Part shown: positions 25,090-38,337 of the stretch, piece by piece | Position numbering within the stretch: the first letter of the stretch is position 1 | Layout of the letters: the number at the start of each line of letters is the position of its first letter | Assembly (NCBI GenBank): GCA_017880775.1 | Contig: JADGRQ010000001.1 | Location: forward strand, 194,909-258,908 | Direction: 5' to 3' | From: Burkholderiales bacterium | GTDB taxonomy: Bacteria; Pseudomonadota; Gammaproteobacteria; Burkholderiales; SG8-39 | Length of the DNA stretch: 64,000 nt | The notes under the pieces: generated by a model | What the model saw: the letters and a program-made list of their open reading frames with translations, nothing else | The model's database searches: none | What the model was told of the DNA's origin: nothing | Translations under genes and position numbers: made by a program

Positions 25090-25829
25090 CTATTCACCTC
25101 CGGATACATCACGGCGTCACCGGCGCGGAACATCTGCTCCATTTCCTGTTTCGAAATGTAGTCCACCGTCGTGCCGCGCAGCGCGGCGAGTTGCTCGGCG
25201 AGGATGTTGCGCTTGACCTCAGCGGCGAGGATGTTGACGCGGCCGTAGCATTCCGACACGTTGCGCCCGAGTACGGTGATACCGTGGCGCTTCATCAGTA
25301 TGCAATTGGTGTCGCGGATGAATGTCTTGATCGGCGCCACGTCTTCTTCGACGTTAATGTGCGCGGGCAGATACTGCACCGGCTTTTGCATCAGGTAGGA
25401 AAACGTCAGCCCCAGTGGTCGGATTTCCCAATCGCCGGCCGCGAGAAAGGCCACCGTCTCGTCGTGATGCAGATGGATGACGCAGTGGATGTCGGGCCGC
25501 AGGCGCAGAATCTCGCGGTTCATCTGGTGGCCCACGGTGGTGGCGCGCTCGCCGCACACGATACGCCCGCAGGGCACGTCGGTGACCACCAGGTCGTCGA
25601 CGCCCATCTCTTCCAGAGACACGCCCTGGCTCTTCACGTAGCACAGCCCGTCGGGATAGTCCGCATGCGGCACGCGGATCACCATGTTGCCGACGGCGGC
25701 CTGCACGTAGCCGCGCGCAGCGAGCCGGTGCGCATACAGAACGTACTGCTCGGCGATCTTGCGGTCGAATTGCACCGCGGGGTCTGGCGTCAGCTGGTTG
25801 ACCTGGAAGCGTGACTCTGGAGCGTTCAA
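25086..25829 (-). CDS. class II aldolase/adducin-domain protein
   Basis: The metal-binding His cluster CVIHLHHDETVAF is present and the fold length (247 aa) fits. The TTG start at 25829 has a perfect AAGGAGGT Shine-Dalgarno 5 nt upstream. Confidence 0.8.
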   Translation of the reverse strand: MNAPESRFQVNQLTPDPAVQFDRKIAEQYVLYAHRLAARGYVQAAVGNMVIRVPHADYPDGLCYVKSQGVSLEEMGVDDLVVTDVPCGRIVCGERATTVGHQMNREILRLRPDIHCVIHLHHDETVAFLAAGDWEIRPLGLTFSYLMQKPVQYLPAHINVEEDVAPIKTFIRDTNCILMKRHGITVLGRNVSECYGRVNILAAEVKRNILAEQLAALRGTTVDYISKQEMEQMFRAGDAVMYPEVNR

Positions 25830-25858
25830 GGCGCACCTCCTTTTGTCGGAAAGCTACT

Positions 25859-26456
25859 CTAACCCACCAGTTTGCGATTCACCATCGCATGGATGCCCTT
25901 GTTGCCGTCCACCGTCTGGGTGACATGCAGATCGCACGCGAGACTGCAGAACACATAGGCCTCGGACGGCGTCCAACCCTTCATTTGTACCAGCCAGGCG
26001 ATCATGTCGCGCAGCGCTTGCTTCGCAGCGTTGTCGAGATCAGGGTCGAGGCCGAGGCTGATGTAATGCGTCGGTGTGATCGCGCGCGGCATCGCGAGCC
26101 GCATGCCTTTGCGCAGCACCAGTTGGAACGTGCCGTTGAGGCAGGTCTCCAGCGCCGTGAGGCACACCTCGCTCGATCGCCTGGACGCGCACCTCCAGCA
26201 CGTCGCCCGGCATCGCGCCGCGCACCGCGATGGGACCGGTCAGAATGTGCGGTCCGAGAACCGGTTTCATCCTGGTGACGATCTCGAGGTGGTCGGGGCG
26301 AAACAGGGAGACGTCCATCACGTCGCCCCAGCCGGACACCGTATCCACGACAACGGTGTCGCCCGAGTCGACCTGCAGGCGTGCCGGAATCCTGGCATCG
26401 AAATAGCCCCAGTGAATGGTCTCCAGGCTGGGGTTGAGAACGTGACGTACGGGCAT
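25859..26456 (-). pseudogene. acetamidase/formamidase family gene remnant (frameshift plus probable internal deletion)
   Basis: ORF 26040..26456 encodes a formamidase-like N-terminus up to PGDVLEVRVQAIE. ORF 25859..26167, in another frame, encodes the family C-terminus from EVCLTALETCLNGTFQL to the end. The two meaningful parts abut at about 26168-26172 with a 1-nt frame change, and roughly 100 central residues expected in the family are absent. Confidence 0.6.
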
Positions 26457-26510
26457 GGGGAAGCTCCTATCAGGTACTTTGGAATTCGGCGGGTGGTCTG
26501 AAACATCAAC

Positions 26511-27857
26511 TCATTTCCCGATACAAAACCGCGAAAAAATCTCGCCCAGAAGGTCATCCGACGTAAACTCGCCGGTGATCTGGTTGAGCGCTTCCTGCGC
26601 GAGGCGCAATTCCTCCGCGAACAGTTCCCAGCGCGGCAGGGTGTCGCCCGCGACCGACAGGTTCTGCTGAGCGGATGCTAGCGCGCCAAGATGCCGCGCG
26701 CGCGCAAGATACAACGTCTCCCCGCTACGCTCCCAGCCGGCGGCGGCGAGCAACGCGCCGCGCAGCAATTCCAAACCCTCCCCGGTCTTCGCCGAAAGAT
26801 GGGCCGCGCGCGGCGCCTGGTCGGTGAGCTTTGCCGGCATGCCCACAAGATCGATCTTGTTGAATACATCGATGCGCACGGCGCCGGCGGGAAGTGCGCC
26901 CGCGAAGCGTTTCAGGATCGCGTGATCCTCTTCGCGCATCCCGCAAGAGGCATCGAACACCGCGAGCACCACGTCGGCGCGCGCGAGTTCCTGCCACGCG
27001 CGTTCCACGCCGATCCGCTCGAGCTCGTCGCCCGACTCGCGCAGCCCCGCCGTGTCCACCACGTGCAGCGGCACGCCGTCGATCCGGATGTCCTCGCGCA
27101 ACACATCGCGCGTGGTGCCTGCGATCGGCGTGACGATGGCGCGCTCCTCGCCGGCGAGGCGGTTCAGCAGGCTCGACTTGCCGACGTTCGGGCGGCCGGC
27201 AATCACCACCCGGATACCCTCGCGAAGCAGGCTGCCCTGCCGGCTCCTTGCCAGAACCTCGTCGAGCGCCGCGCGCACCTGCCCGAGCCTGCCCAACGCG
27301 TCATCGCGATGCATTGCGTCGACCTCTTCTTCGGGGAAGTCGAGCATCGCCTCGGTGAGGGAGCGAAGTTCGGTCAGACGTGCAACCAGCGCGCGCACTG
27401 CGGCGGAGAATTCACCGGAGAGCGAGCGCAACGCGCAGCGCGCAGCATCGCTGCTGGCCGCTTCGATCAGGTCGGCTACGCTTTCCGCCTGCGCCAGATC
27501 GAGCTTGCCGTTCAGAAAGGCGCGCCGCGTGAACTCGCCCGGTTCCGCCAGGCGCGCGCCGGCATCGAGGCAGGCTTCGAGCAGCAGTTGCATCACGACC
27601 ATGCCGCCGTGCCCGTGGAGCTCGAGCATCGGCTCGCCGGTGTAGGAGTGCGGAGCGGGAAAAAACAGCGCCAGCCCGCGATCGATCAATTCCCCGCGCC
27701 CGTCGCGAAACTCAGCCAGCGTCGCGCGCCGAGCGGGAGGAACGGCGCCGGTCACCGCGCGCGAAATCTCCGCCGCAAGTGCTCCCGCGACCCGCACCAC
27801 GCCGATGCCGCCGCGGCCCGGAGGGGTCGCAATGGCCACAATCGTGTCAGGGTGCAC
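26511..27857 (-). CDS. mnmE: tRNA modification GTPase MnmE (TrmE)
   Basis: Motifs [20 protein letters not shown], the G1 motif [12 protein letters not shown] and the C-terminal CIGK are present. The gene uses a GTG start. Confidence 0.95.
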   Translation of the reverse strand: MHPDTIVAIATPPGRGGIGVVRVAGALAAEISRAVTGAVPPARRATLAEFRDGRGELIDRGLALFFPAPHSYTGEPMLELHGHGGMVVMQLLLEACLDAGARLAEPGEFTRRAFLNGKLDLAQAESVADLIEAASSDAARCALRSLSGEFSAAVRALVARLTELRSLTEAMLDFPEEEVDAMHRDDALGRLGQVRAALDEVLARSRQGSLLREGIRVVIAGRPNVGKSSLLNRLAGEERAIVTPIAGTTRDVLREDIRIDGVPLHVVDTAGLRESGDELERIGVERAWQELARADVVLAVFDASCGMREEDHAILKRFAGALPAGAVRIDVFNKIDLVGMPAKLTDQAPRAAHLSAKTGEGLELLRGALLAAAGWERSGETLYLARARHLGALASAQQNLSVAGDTLPRWELFAEELRLAQEALNQITGEFTSDDLLGEIFSRFCIGK

Positions 27858-27888
27858 TGCCGGCGGGGTGAAGGCGTTCGGGGAATCT

Positions 27889-29556
27889 TCAGCGCTTGGC
27901 GTGGGCAGGTTTGTCGCGATCGAACATGCGCTGTATCTGCCACTGCTGGAGGATGGAGAGGATGTTGTTCACCAGCCAGTAAAGCACCAGACCGGACGGG
28001 AAGAAGAAGAAGAACACGCTGAAGATGTAGGGCATGAACGCCATGACCTTGGCCTGCACCGGGTCCGGCGGCACCGGGTTCATCCGCGTCTGCAGGATCA
28101 TCGTGATGGTCATGAGGACCGGCAGCACGTAATACGGGTCGAGCGCCGACAGGTCCTTGATCCACAGAATGAACGGCGCATGGCGCAGTTCGATCGCCGC
28201 GAGCAGCGTCCAGTACAGCGCAATGAATACCGGGATCTGCACCAGGATCGGGAAGCAGCCACCGAGCGGATTGATCTTCTCCGTCTTGTAGAGTTCCATC
28301 ATCGCCTGGTTCTGGCGCGCGCGGTCGTTGGCGTACATCTCGCGTAGCTTGGTCAGACGCGGCGTGACGAGCTTCATTTTCGCCATCGACTTGTAGCTCG
28401 CCGCCGACAGCGGGAAGAACACCAGCTTGAGAGACACGGTGAGCAGGATGATCGCCACACCCCAGTTGCCGGTCAGCCCGTGAAATTTCTCCAGCACCCA
28501 GAACAGCGGCCAGGCGATGATCGTCAGCCAGCCGAAGTCGACCACTAGATCCAGTCCCGGCGCCGCGGCCTTGAGCCTCTCATGCTCCTGCGGCCCGGAG
28601 AACAGCGGCACGGCGACCCGTGCACTCGCCCCCGGCGCGATCTCGGGCGTCGGCACGATCACCCCCGCGGAGTACAGGCCGTCGGGCTGCTTCTTCGTGT
28701 AGTACTCGCGCGGCAGCTTGTCCGATGGCAGCCACGCAGAAACGAAGTAATGCTGCATGATCGCGATCCAGCCGTCGCTCGCCTGGCGCGGATAATCGAT
28801 CTTGCCTTTCTCGATCGCGGAGAACTCGACTTTCTGGAACTTCTTCTCTGCGGTGTAGACCGCCGCGCCCGTATAGCTCTTCATCATCGCCGTGTCCCCC
28901 GCGGGCGCGTTGTCGTCGCGCACCAGCTGGAAATAGGCGTGCGCAGCGAGCGGTTCCGCGCCACCGTTTTTCAACTCGAATGCAACGTCGATCACGTAGC
29001 TGTCGCGATGAAAGGTGTAGATCTTGTCGACCGTAACGCCGCTGCCGTTTTCGGCCTGCAGGCGCACCTCGAGCGAGTTCACGCCATCACCGAGCGCGCG
29101 CTCGCCGGGCAGGACCCGGAACGGCGTGCGATGGTTGGGCAGCCCGTCGCCGATCAAGCCGCTCTGGGCACTGTATGAATGCCCGGGATCCAACAGCACA
29201 AAAGGCTTGTCGACCTCTTTGGCGTCCTTGTGCTTGAGCAGTTCGAGCCGGCGCAGCGTGCCGCCCAGGCTGTCGATTTCCGCCACAAACAGGTCGGTCC
29301 TGATCGTGACACTCTCACTCTTGGGCGCGCCGGCGGCGGCAGGCGCCCCCGGGACGGCAGCGGCGCGATCAGCGGTAGGCGCGGCCGCCGGCGCCTTGGC
29401 TGCGGGGTTGGCTGCGGAACTGGGCGTAGGCACGCCCGCCGGAACTGACGCGCTGGTCGCCACAATCTTCGGCCTTTGGTCCTTTTCCCAGGCCTGCCAC
29501 AGCAGGAACACCGAGAAGCAGAAAATGAACAGCAGGATCAGGCGTTGGGTATCCAT
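27889..29556 (-). CDS. yidC: membrane protein insertase YidC
   Basis: The N-terminal anchor [23 protein letters not shown], a large periplasmic domain and the C-terminal 5-TM core are all present. The start is ATG 29556 or ATG 29562. Confidence 0.93.
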   Translation of the reverse strand: MDTQRLILLFIFCFSVFLLWQAWEKDQRPKIVATSASVPAGVPTPSSAANPAAKAPAAAPTADRAAAVPGAPAAAGAPKSESVTIRTDLFVAEIDSLGGTLRRLELLKHKDAKEVDKPFVLLDPGHSYSAQSGLIGDGLPNHRTPFRVLPGERALGDGVNSLEVRLQAENGSGVTVDKIYTFHRDSYVIDVAFELKNGGAEPLAAHAYFQLVRDDNAPAGDTAMMKSYTGAAVYTAEKKFQKVEFSAIEKGKIDYPRQASDGWIAIMQHYFVSAWLPSDKLPREYYTKKQPDGLYSAGVIVPTPEIAPGASARVAVPLFSGPQEHERLKAAAPGLDLVVDFGWLTIIAWPLFWVLEKFHGLTGNWGVAIILLTVSLKLVFFPLSAASYKSMAKMKLVTPRLTKLREMYANDRARQNQAMMELYKTEKINPLGGCFPILVQIPVFIALYWTLLAAIELRHAPFILWIKDLSALDPYYVLPVLMTITMILQTRMNPVPPDPVQAKVMAFMPYIFSVFFFFFPSGLVLYWLVNNILSILQQWQIQRMFDRDKPAHAKR

Positions 29557-29589
29557 TCTCATTGCGTCGAATTCGGGTGCCGGAAGAAT

Positions 29590-29820
29590 TCAGCGTTCCT
29601 GTTGCGCGGCTTCAGGCACCGGGTCGTATCCGCCGGGGTGCCACGGGTGGCAGCAAGCGATGCGCCGCGCAACAAGCCAGCCGCCGCGCAATGAACCATG
29701 CAGGCCTATGGCCTGCTCCGCGTACTCGGAGCAGCTAGGATAAAAACGGCAGTTGCAGCCGAGTATGGGACTGACAGCGTAACGATAGGCGCGAATCAAA
29801 AGACGCAAAGGCTCTCTCAT
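29590..29820 (-). CDS. yidD: membrane protein insertion efficiency factor YidD
   Basis: A 76-aa protein carries [15 protein letters not shown] and [12 protein letters not shown]. Confidence 0.9.
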   Translation of the reverse strand: MREPLRLLIRAYRYAVSPILGCNCRFYPSCSEYAEQAIGLHGSLRGGWLVARRIACCHPWHPGGYDPVPEAAQQER

Positions 29821-30176
29821 GCGCTCAGCCCGGCAAATGCGGTGCGCAGGCGCGCAACCAGATTGCGTTCGACCCGGATGTTCTGAGGCGGGCGCACCAG
29901 AATGTCGATCGCGCCAAGACCGGTGTGCTCCAGACGAAACGCCTCGCGGATGCAGCGCTTCACGCGATTGCGCACGATTGCCCGCCGAGAAACTTTCAGC
30001 GACATGAGAATGCCGAGCCTAGCCGAGCCTGCGGTCGTCGGCGCAACGATGAACGTGAATCCGGACAAGGATTTTCGTACGCCGGTACGCAGCAGCCGCT
30101 CGTATTCTGCCTGGGTGGGGATCCGACGATCCGGGCGAAAGCCAAGGATCGATCGCGTCGGCGTTGCGCCGGCCAC
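29817..30176 (-). CDS. rnpA: ribonuclease P protein component
   Basis: A basic 119-aa protein is encoded between rpmH and yidD, and the stretch [17 protein letters not shown] fits the RNR motif region. The start is uncertain (GTG at 30176). Confidence 0.85.
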   Translation of the reverse strand: MAGATPTRSILGFRPDRRIPTQAEYERLLRTGVRKSLSGFTFIVAPTTAGSARLGILMSLKVSRRAIVRNRVKRCIREAFRLEHTGLGAIDILVRPPQNIRVERNLVARLRTAFAGLSA

Positions 30177-30193
30177 GCGCGCGGTAACGCCGG

Positions 30194-30328
30194 TCAGGCC
30201 GCCAGGCGCCGACGCCCCTTCGCGCGGCGGGCGGCGATAACCTTGCGACCTCCGCGCGTGCTCATGCGCACAAGAAATCCGTGGCGACGCGAACGCCGGG
30301 TCTTGGAAGGTTGGTAGGTACGCTTCAT
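30194..30328 (-). CDS. rpmH: 50S ribosomal protein L34
   Basis: This gene is absent from the ORF track (44 aa). A hand translation of the minus strand gives [44 protein letters not shown] followed by a stop, a textbook L34. Confidence 0.95.
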   Translation of the reverse strand: MKRTYQPSKTRRSRRHGFLVRMSTRGGRKVIAARRAKGRRRLAA

Positions 30329-30355
30329 GGGGATCCCGTCTGGCGAAAACCGGCT

Positions 30356-30385
30356 ATTACAGCGTCTTAGCTAAGCCCTTGTCAA
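30356..30385 (-). promoter_or_regulatory. candidate sigma70 promoter for rpmH-rnpA
   Basis: The minus strand reads TTGACA, an 18-nt spacer, then TGTAAT, ending about 28 nt upstream of the rpmH ATG. Confidence 0.5.
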
Positions 30386-30410
30386 ATTTCCGTGATTTTC
30401 TGGCCCTGCC

Positions 30411-30419
30411 TGTGGATAA
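30411..30419 (-). promoter_or_regulatory. consensus DnaA box (TTATCCACA) in the rpmH-dnaA intergenic region
   Basis: The plus strand TGTGGATAA is a perfect match to the 9-mer. It sits 17 nt upstream of a TAAAAT -10-like hexamer (30436..30441) facing dnaA. Confidence 0.75.
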
Positions 30420-30529
30420 CTTGAACCGAACGCGGTAAAATAAACCTGCTCGACCAAGCCCACGCGCCAACCCGGGCGCGCCATCCCCCATCAGAGCGGC
30501 AGCGCGAAAACAAAAAGCCCGATTTCAAG

Positions 30530-31855
30530 ATGCAACACCTATGGGACGCGTGCCTGCGCCGCCTCGAACAGGAACTCCCCGCACAGCAATTCAATACCTG
30601 GATCCGGCCGCTTGCGCTGGACGCCGCGGCCTCGGACCCGGGCAGCCTGACGCTGCTCGCGCCAAACCGCTTCGTTCTCGAGCTGGTGCGCGACCGCTTC
30701 GGCGAGCGGATTCGCCGCTTCGCCGGCGAAGCCGCGCCGCAACCGGTCGAAATCCACATCGTGCTGGCGCGCAGCCCCGATCCCGCGCCGCGGCCCGCGG
30801 CGCGCACAAACGGCCATACGCCACCGACGCTCGAGCGGGCGCGACTCAATCCCGCCTTCAGCTTCGAGAGCTTTGTCGCCGGCAAAGCGAACCAGCTTGC
30901 GCGCGCCGCAGCCCTGCAGGTCGCCGAAAATCCCGGAATTTCGTATAACCCCCTGTTCGTGTACGGCGGCGTCGGTCTCGGCAAGACGCATCTGGTGCAG
31001 GCGATCGGCAACGCGCTCGCCGCACACCGCCCGGCCGCCAAGATCCGCTACTGCCATGCGGAGCAGTACGTGACCGACGTCGTGCGCGCCTACCAGCAAC
31101 GATCGTTCGAGGAATTCAAGCGCTACTACCACTCGCTCGACCTGCTGCTGATCGACGACATCCAGTTCATTTCCAACAAGGGCCGCACGCAGGAGGAATT
31201 CTTCTACGCGTTCAACGCGCTGGTCGAAGCCCATAAACAGATCGTGATCACCTGCGACACCTACCCGAAGGAAATCGCGGGCATGGAAGAGCGCTTGATC
31301 TCGCGCTTCGGCTGGGGGCTCACCGTCGCCATCGAGCCGCCGGAACTCGAGATGCGCGTCGCGATCGTGCTGAAGAAGGCCGATGCGGAAGGTGTTCCGT
31401 TGTCGGAGGAAATCGCGTTCTTCATCGCCAAGCACATCCGCTCCAATGTGCGCGAACTGGAAGGCGGGCTGAAAAAAGTGCTTGCGTTCTCGCGCTTCAA
31501 CAATCGGGAACTGTCGCTCGATCTCGCCAAGGAGGCGCTGCGCGATATCCTCAATGTGGCGAGCCGGCAGATCACGGTCGAAAACATTCAGAAGACGGTG
31601 GCGGAGTTCTTCAAGCTCAAGCTGTCCGACATGCACTCGAAAAAGCGCAGCCGCAACGTGGCGCGCCCGCGCCAGGTTGCGATGGCGCTGGCCAAGGACC
31701 TCACGCAGATGAGCCTGCCGGAGATCGGCGATGCATTCGGCGGCCGAGACCATACCACGGTGCTGCACGCCTGCCGCACCATCTCGACGCTGCGCAAACA
31801 GGACCAGTCACTCAATCGCGACTACCTGGTTCTCGAGCAGGTTCTCAAGGGCTGA
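30530..31855 (+). CDS. dnaA: chromosomal replication initiator protein DnaA
   Basis: The AAA+ Walker [12 protein letters not shown] and the C-terminal DNA-binding helix [15 protein letters not shown] are present, in the conserved rpmH / dnaA-dnaN-gyrB context. Confidence 0.97.
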   Translation: MQHLWDACLRRLEQELPAQQFNTWIRPLALDAAASDPGSLTLLAPNRFVLELVRDRFGERIRRFAGEAAPQPVEIHIVLARSPDPAPRPAARTNGHTPPTLERARLNPAFSFESFVAGKANQLARAAALQVAENPGISYNPLFVYGGVGLGKTHLVQAIGNALAAHRPAAKIRYCHAEQYVTDVVRAYQQRSFEEFKRYYHSLDLLLIDDIQFISNKGRTQEEFFYAFNALVEAHKQIVITCDTYPKEIAGMEERLISRFGWGLTVAIEPPELEMRVAIVLKKADAEGVPLSEEIAFFIAKHIRSNVRELEGGLKKVLAFSRFNNRELSLDLAKEALRDILNVASRQITVENIQKTVAEFFKLKLSDMHSKKRSRNVARPRQVAMALAKDLTQMSLPEIGDAFGGRDHTTVLHACRTISTLRKQDQSLNRDYLVLEQVLKG

Positions 31856-31894
31856 AAAGGATCATGCGAAGCTGTGCACTGAGGCGGAACAAGC

Positions 31895-31994
31895 TGTGGA
31901 TAATGTTGCCGGTGGCGATCGGCGGTGTTTCAATCCACAGCCATGCACACGCAATGCACAGCTTTCCCCGCAACCGACAGTTGCGATATCCGCA
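31895..31994. promoter_or_regulatory. DnaA-box cluster in the dnaA-dnaN spacer
   Basis: The cluster has one perfect box, TGTGGATAA (31895..31903). Three same-orientation 7/9 boxes follow: CAATCCACA (31931), CCATGCACA (31941) and CAATGCACA (31952), with start-to-start spacings of 10 and 11 bp. A further 7/9 box ATATCCGCA lies at 31986..31994. Confidence 0.6.
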
Positions 31995-32075
31995 AACCAA
32001 TCAACGTGCGAGCGCGGTTTTCCCGGATTGTGCAGCCGCCTATTAACTACTACTAAGTATCCTTAAGGAAAAGAA

Positions 32076-35601
<3,526 letters not shown>

Positions 35602-38193
35602 TCAGCGCGGCGCGGCGCGCCTGCGGACGCCTTTGGCGGGTGGCGCCGGTTTGGCCGCGTGTTGCACGGTCTTCGCGGCCGTCCTGGCGCGCTTGGGAGC
35701 ACTGACTTCGGTGGTGGTGGCGGCGTCCGGCTGAGGCGATCTCGGCGTTTTTTCCTTGCGTGGCGCGCGCGCCATGAACTCGAAGCCGATCGACCCATCG
35801 GGCCGCTTTGCGAGAAAGGCCTTGAACGGGCGGCCCTTCTTGGAAATGAACCGGGTCAACAGATCGGTCTTGCCGTCGGAGAGCAGCTTCTCCATCTGGG
35901 CGCGCTCGACCGGCTGCTGCAGGATCACCTTGCCGGAGCGGAAATCGCAGGTCCGCGCCGCACCGAGCGCCTTCTCGCACACGTAGGCCGCGCCGTGCTC
36001 ATACACCCGCGCGTTGCATTTCGGGCATGCGCCGAGCGGGGTCTGGCCGCTGAAATCGGGCGCCTCGCCCGACTCGTCTTCTTCCCGCGACGGACCGAAG
36101 TCGAACTCGGCGCGGAATTCATCGTTCAGGCGCATCAAGGCGGTAAATGGCTTGCCGACGCGCGAGCGAAACCCGGTGAGCGGGCCGATCTGCCGCTTCT
36201 GGATCAGCTCGGCGACCTCCTCGGGCGCCCACTCCCTGCCCGAAACCACCTTCCATAGCGAGAAGTCGCATTTCTGGCACTGAAACTTGCGGTAATTCTC
36301 CTGAACCAGGCCGCCGCATTTCGGGCACGGTGCGTCCACGGTGGCGAACGCCGTGTCCGGGATGTCGCCGTTGCGGATGCGCTCGACCAGATCGCGGGTC
36401 ACCGTCTGGATGTGATCCATGAACTCGTCGCGCCCGAGTTTGCTGGCCTCCATCAACTTCAACTTGTGCTCCCAGTCCCCGGTCAACTCCGGAGACGTGA
36501 TTTCGCCGACCCCGAAATGCTTGAGCGCGAACATAAGCGAGAACGCCTTTGGCGTCGGCACCAGTTCGCGGACGTTGCGATGCACGTATTCTTCGCGGAT
36601 CAATCCCTCGATGACCGCCGCGCGGGTTGCCGGCGTTCCGAGACCCTTCTGTTCCATGGCGGCGCGCAGCTCGTCGTCCTCAACCAGCTTGCCGGCGCCT
36701 TCCATCGCAGACAGCAGCGTCGCCTCGCTGTAACGCGCTGGCGGCTTGGTCTGGTTCGCCTGCACCTGTACCTCCACCAGTCGCACCTTTTCATTCTGCG
36801 CGACAGCGGGAAGGCTCTCGTTGTCCTGCTGCGCAGCCTTGCCGTAGACGGCCAGCCAGCCGGGGCTCACCAGGATGCGCCCTTCGGTCTTGAAGCTGTG
36901 CCCCGCCACCTCCGTGACGCGCGTGGTCTGCAGGGACTCGGCCGGCGGGTAGAACACCGCAAGGAAGCGGCGCATCACGAGGTCGTAGAGTTTCTGTTCC
37001 GGCTCGCTCAGGCGTTTGGGTGCCTCCAGCGTCGGGATGATCGCGAAGTGATCGGAGATCTTGCTGTTGTCGAAGATGCGCTTGTTGGGCTTGACCCAGC
37101 CGCTCTTCAGGATCTGGCCCGCGAACGCGGAGTATTCGCCGGATTTCAGCGCGCCCAGCGTCTTTTTCACGGTCGCGACGTAGTCCTCGGGCAGCGCGCG
37201 CGCGTCGGTGCGCGGATAGGTGAGCACCTTGTGCTTCTCGTACAACGCCTGCGCCAGTCCGAGCGTGTTCTTTGCCGAGAAACCGAAGCGGCCGTTGGCC
37301 TCGCGCTGCAGGCTGGTGAGGTCGAACAGCAGCGGCGAGAGCTGGCTCGAAGGTTTGGTTTCCTCGGTGACCGTGCCGGTCTTGCCATCGCAGGCGGCGC
37401 GGATCGCCTCGGCCTTGGCCGCGTCCCAGAGGCGCTCGGCCTTGCGCTCCGGATCGTCGTCCTTCCTGAACCCCGGGTCGAACCAGCGCCCCGCGTACTC
37501 GCCGGCCCGGGCGCCGAAGCGGGCGTGCACCTCCCAGTAGTCGCGCGACTTGAAATTGCGGATCTTTTCCTCGCGCTCGACCAGGATCGCGAGCGTCGGT
37601 GTCTGCACGCGCCCGACCGTCGTCAGATAAAAGCCGCCTTCCTTCGAATTGAAGGCAGTCATTGCGCGCGTGCCGTTGATGCCGACCAGCCAATCGGCCT
37701 CCGATCGGCTCTTCGCGGCGTCGGCGAGCGGCAGCAGATCGCGGTCCGCGCGCAGCGCTTCGAAACCCTCCCGGATCGCGCCCTGGGTCATCGACTGCAG
37801 CCAGAGCCGCTGGATCGGTTTTTTCGTGCGCGCATGCTGCACGATGTAGCGGAATATCAACTCGCCTTCGCGTCCGGCATCGCAAGCGTTCACCAGACCC
37901 GAAACATCCTTGCGCTTGATCAGCCTGAGCAGGAGATTCAGGCGCGCTTCGCTCTTCTCGATCGGTGCGAGATCGAAGTGCGGGGGCACCACCGGCAGGT
38001 GGGCGAAGGACCACTTGCCCTTCTTGACTTCATATTCCTCGGGAACGGCGAGCTCGAGCAGATGGCCGACGGCCGACGAGAGCACCATCCCGTCGCTCTC
38101 GAAGTAGTCGCCTTTACGCACAAACCCGCCGATCGCGCGCGCAATGTCGTTCGCGACGGAAGGTTTCTCCGCAATGATCAGTTTCTTGCTCAT
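35602..38193 (-). CDS. type IA DNA topoisomerase, topoisomerase III-like N-terminus with C-terminal zinc ribbons, repeats and a basic tail
   Basis: The TOPRIM start LIIAEKPSVA (TopB-like rather than the TopA VESPAKA) and DAGREGELIF are present. The C-terminus has CPKCGG and CPKCNA zinc ribbons, repeated G(K/R)PF.A.L blocks and a K/R/A/P-rich tail. The gene occupies the topoisomerase slot next to smg-dprA. The start is ATG 38193 or ATG 38205. Confidence 0.88.
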   Translation of the reverse strand: MSKKLIIAEKPSVANDIARAIGGFVRKGDYFESDGMVLSSAVGHLLELAVPEEYEVKKGKWSFAHLPVVPPHFDLAPIEKSEARLNLLLRLIKRKDVSGLVNACDAGREGELIFRYIVQHARTKKPIQRLWLQSMTQGAIREGFEALRADRDLLPLADAAKSRSEADWLVGINGTRAMTAFNSKEGGFYLTTVGRVQTPTLAILVEREEKIRNFKSRDYWEVHARFGARAGEYAGRWFDPGFRKDDDPERKAERLWDAAKAEAIRAACDGKTGTVTEETKPSSQLSPLLFDLTSLQREANGRFGFSAKNTLGLAQALYEKHKVLTYPRTDARALPEDYVATVKKTLGALKSGEYSAFAGQILKSGWVKPNKRIFDNSKISDHFAIIPTLEAPKRLSEPEQKLYDLVMRRFLAVFYPPAESLQTTRVTEVAGHSFKTEGRILVSPGWLAVYGKAAQQDNESLPAVAQNEKVRLVEVQVQANQTKPPARYSEATLLSAMEGAGKLVEDDELRAAMEQKGLGTPATRAAVIEGLIREEYVHRNVRELVPTPKAFSLMFALKHFGVGEITSPELTGDWEHKLKLMEASKLGRDEFMDHIQTVTRDLVERIRNGDIPDTAFATVDAPCPKCGGLVQENYRKFQCQKCDFSLWKVVSGREWAPEEVAELIQKRQIGPLTGFRSRVGKPFTALMRLNDEFRAEFDFGPSREEDESGEAPDFSGQTPLGACPKCNARVYEHGAAYVCEKALGAARTCDFRSGKVILQQPVERAQMEKLLSDGKTDLLTRFISKKGRPFKAFLAKRPDGSIGFEFMARAPRKEKTPRSPQPDAATTTEVSAPKRARTAAKTVQHAAKPAPPAKGVRRRAAPR

Positions 38194-38337
38194 GCGCTGG
38201 AGCATCGGGCGCCCAAAGGGGTGCCGACGATACGAGCAAACGCCGCCGGCTGTCAACCGCGACGGCGTCGTTGGCGTGCGAAAGTGCGCGTCCCTGCAAC
38301 GGGCAACGGGCGACGGGCGAGCTTGCGCGCGTGCGCG

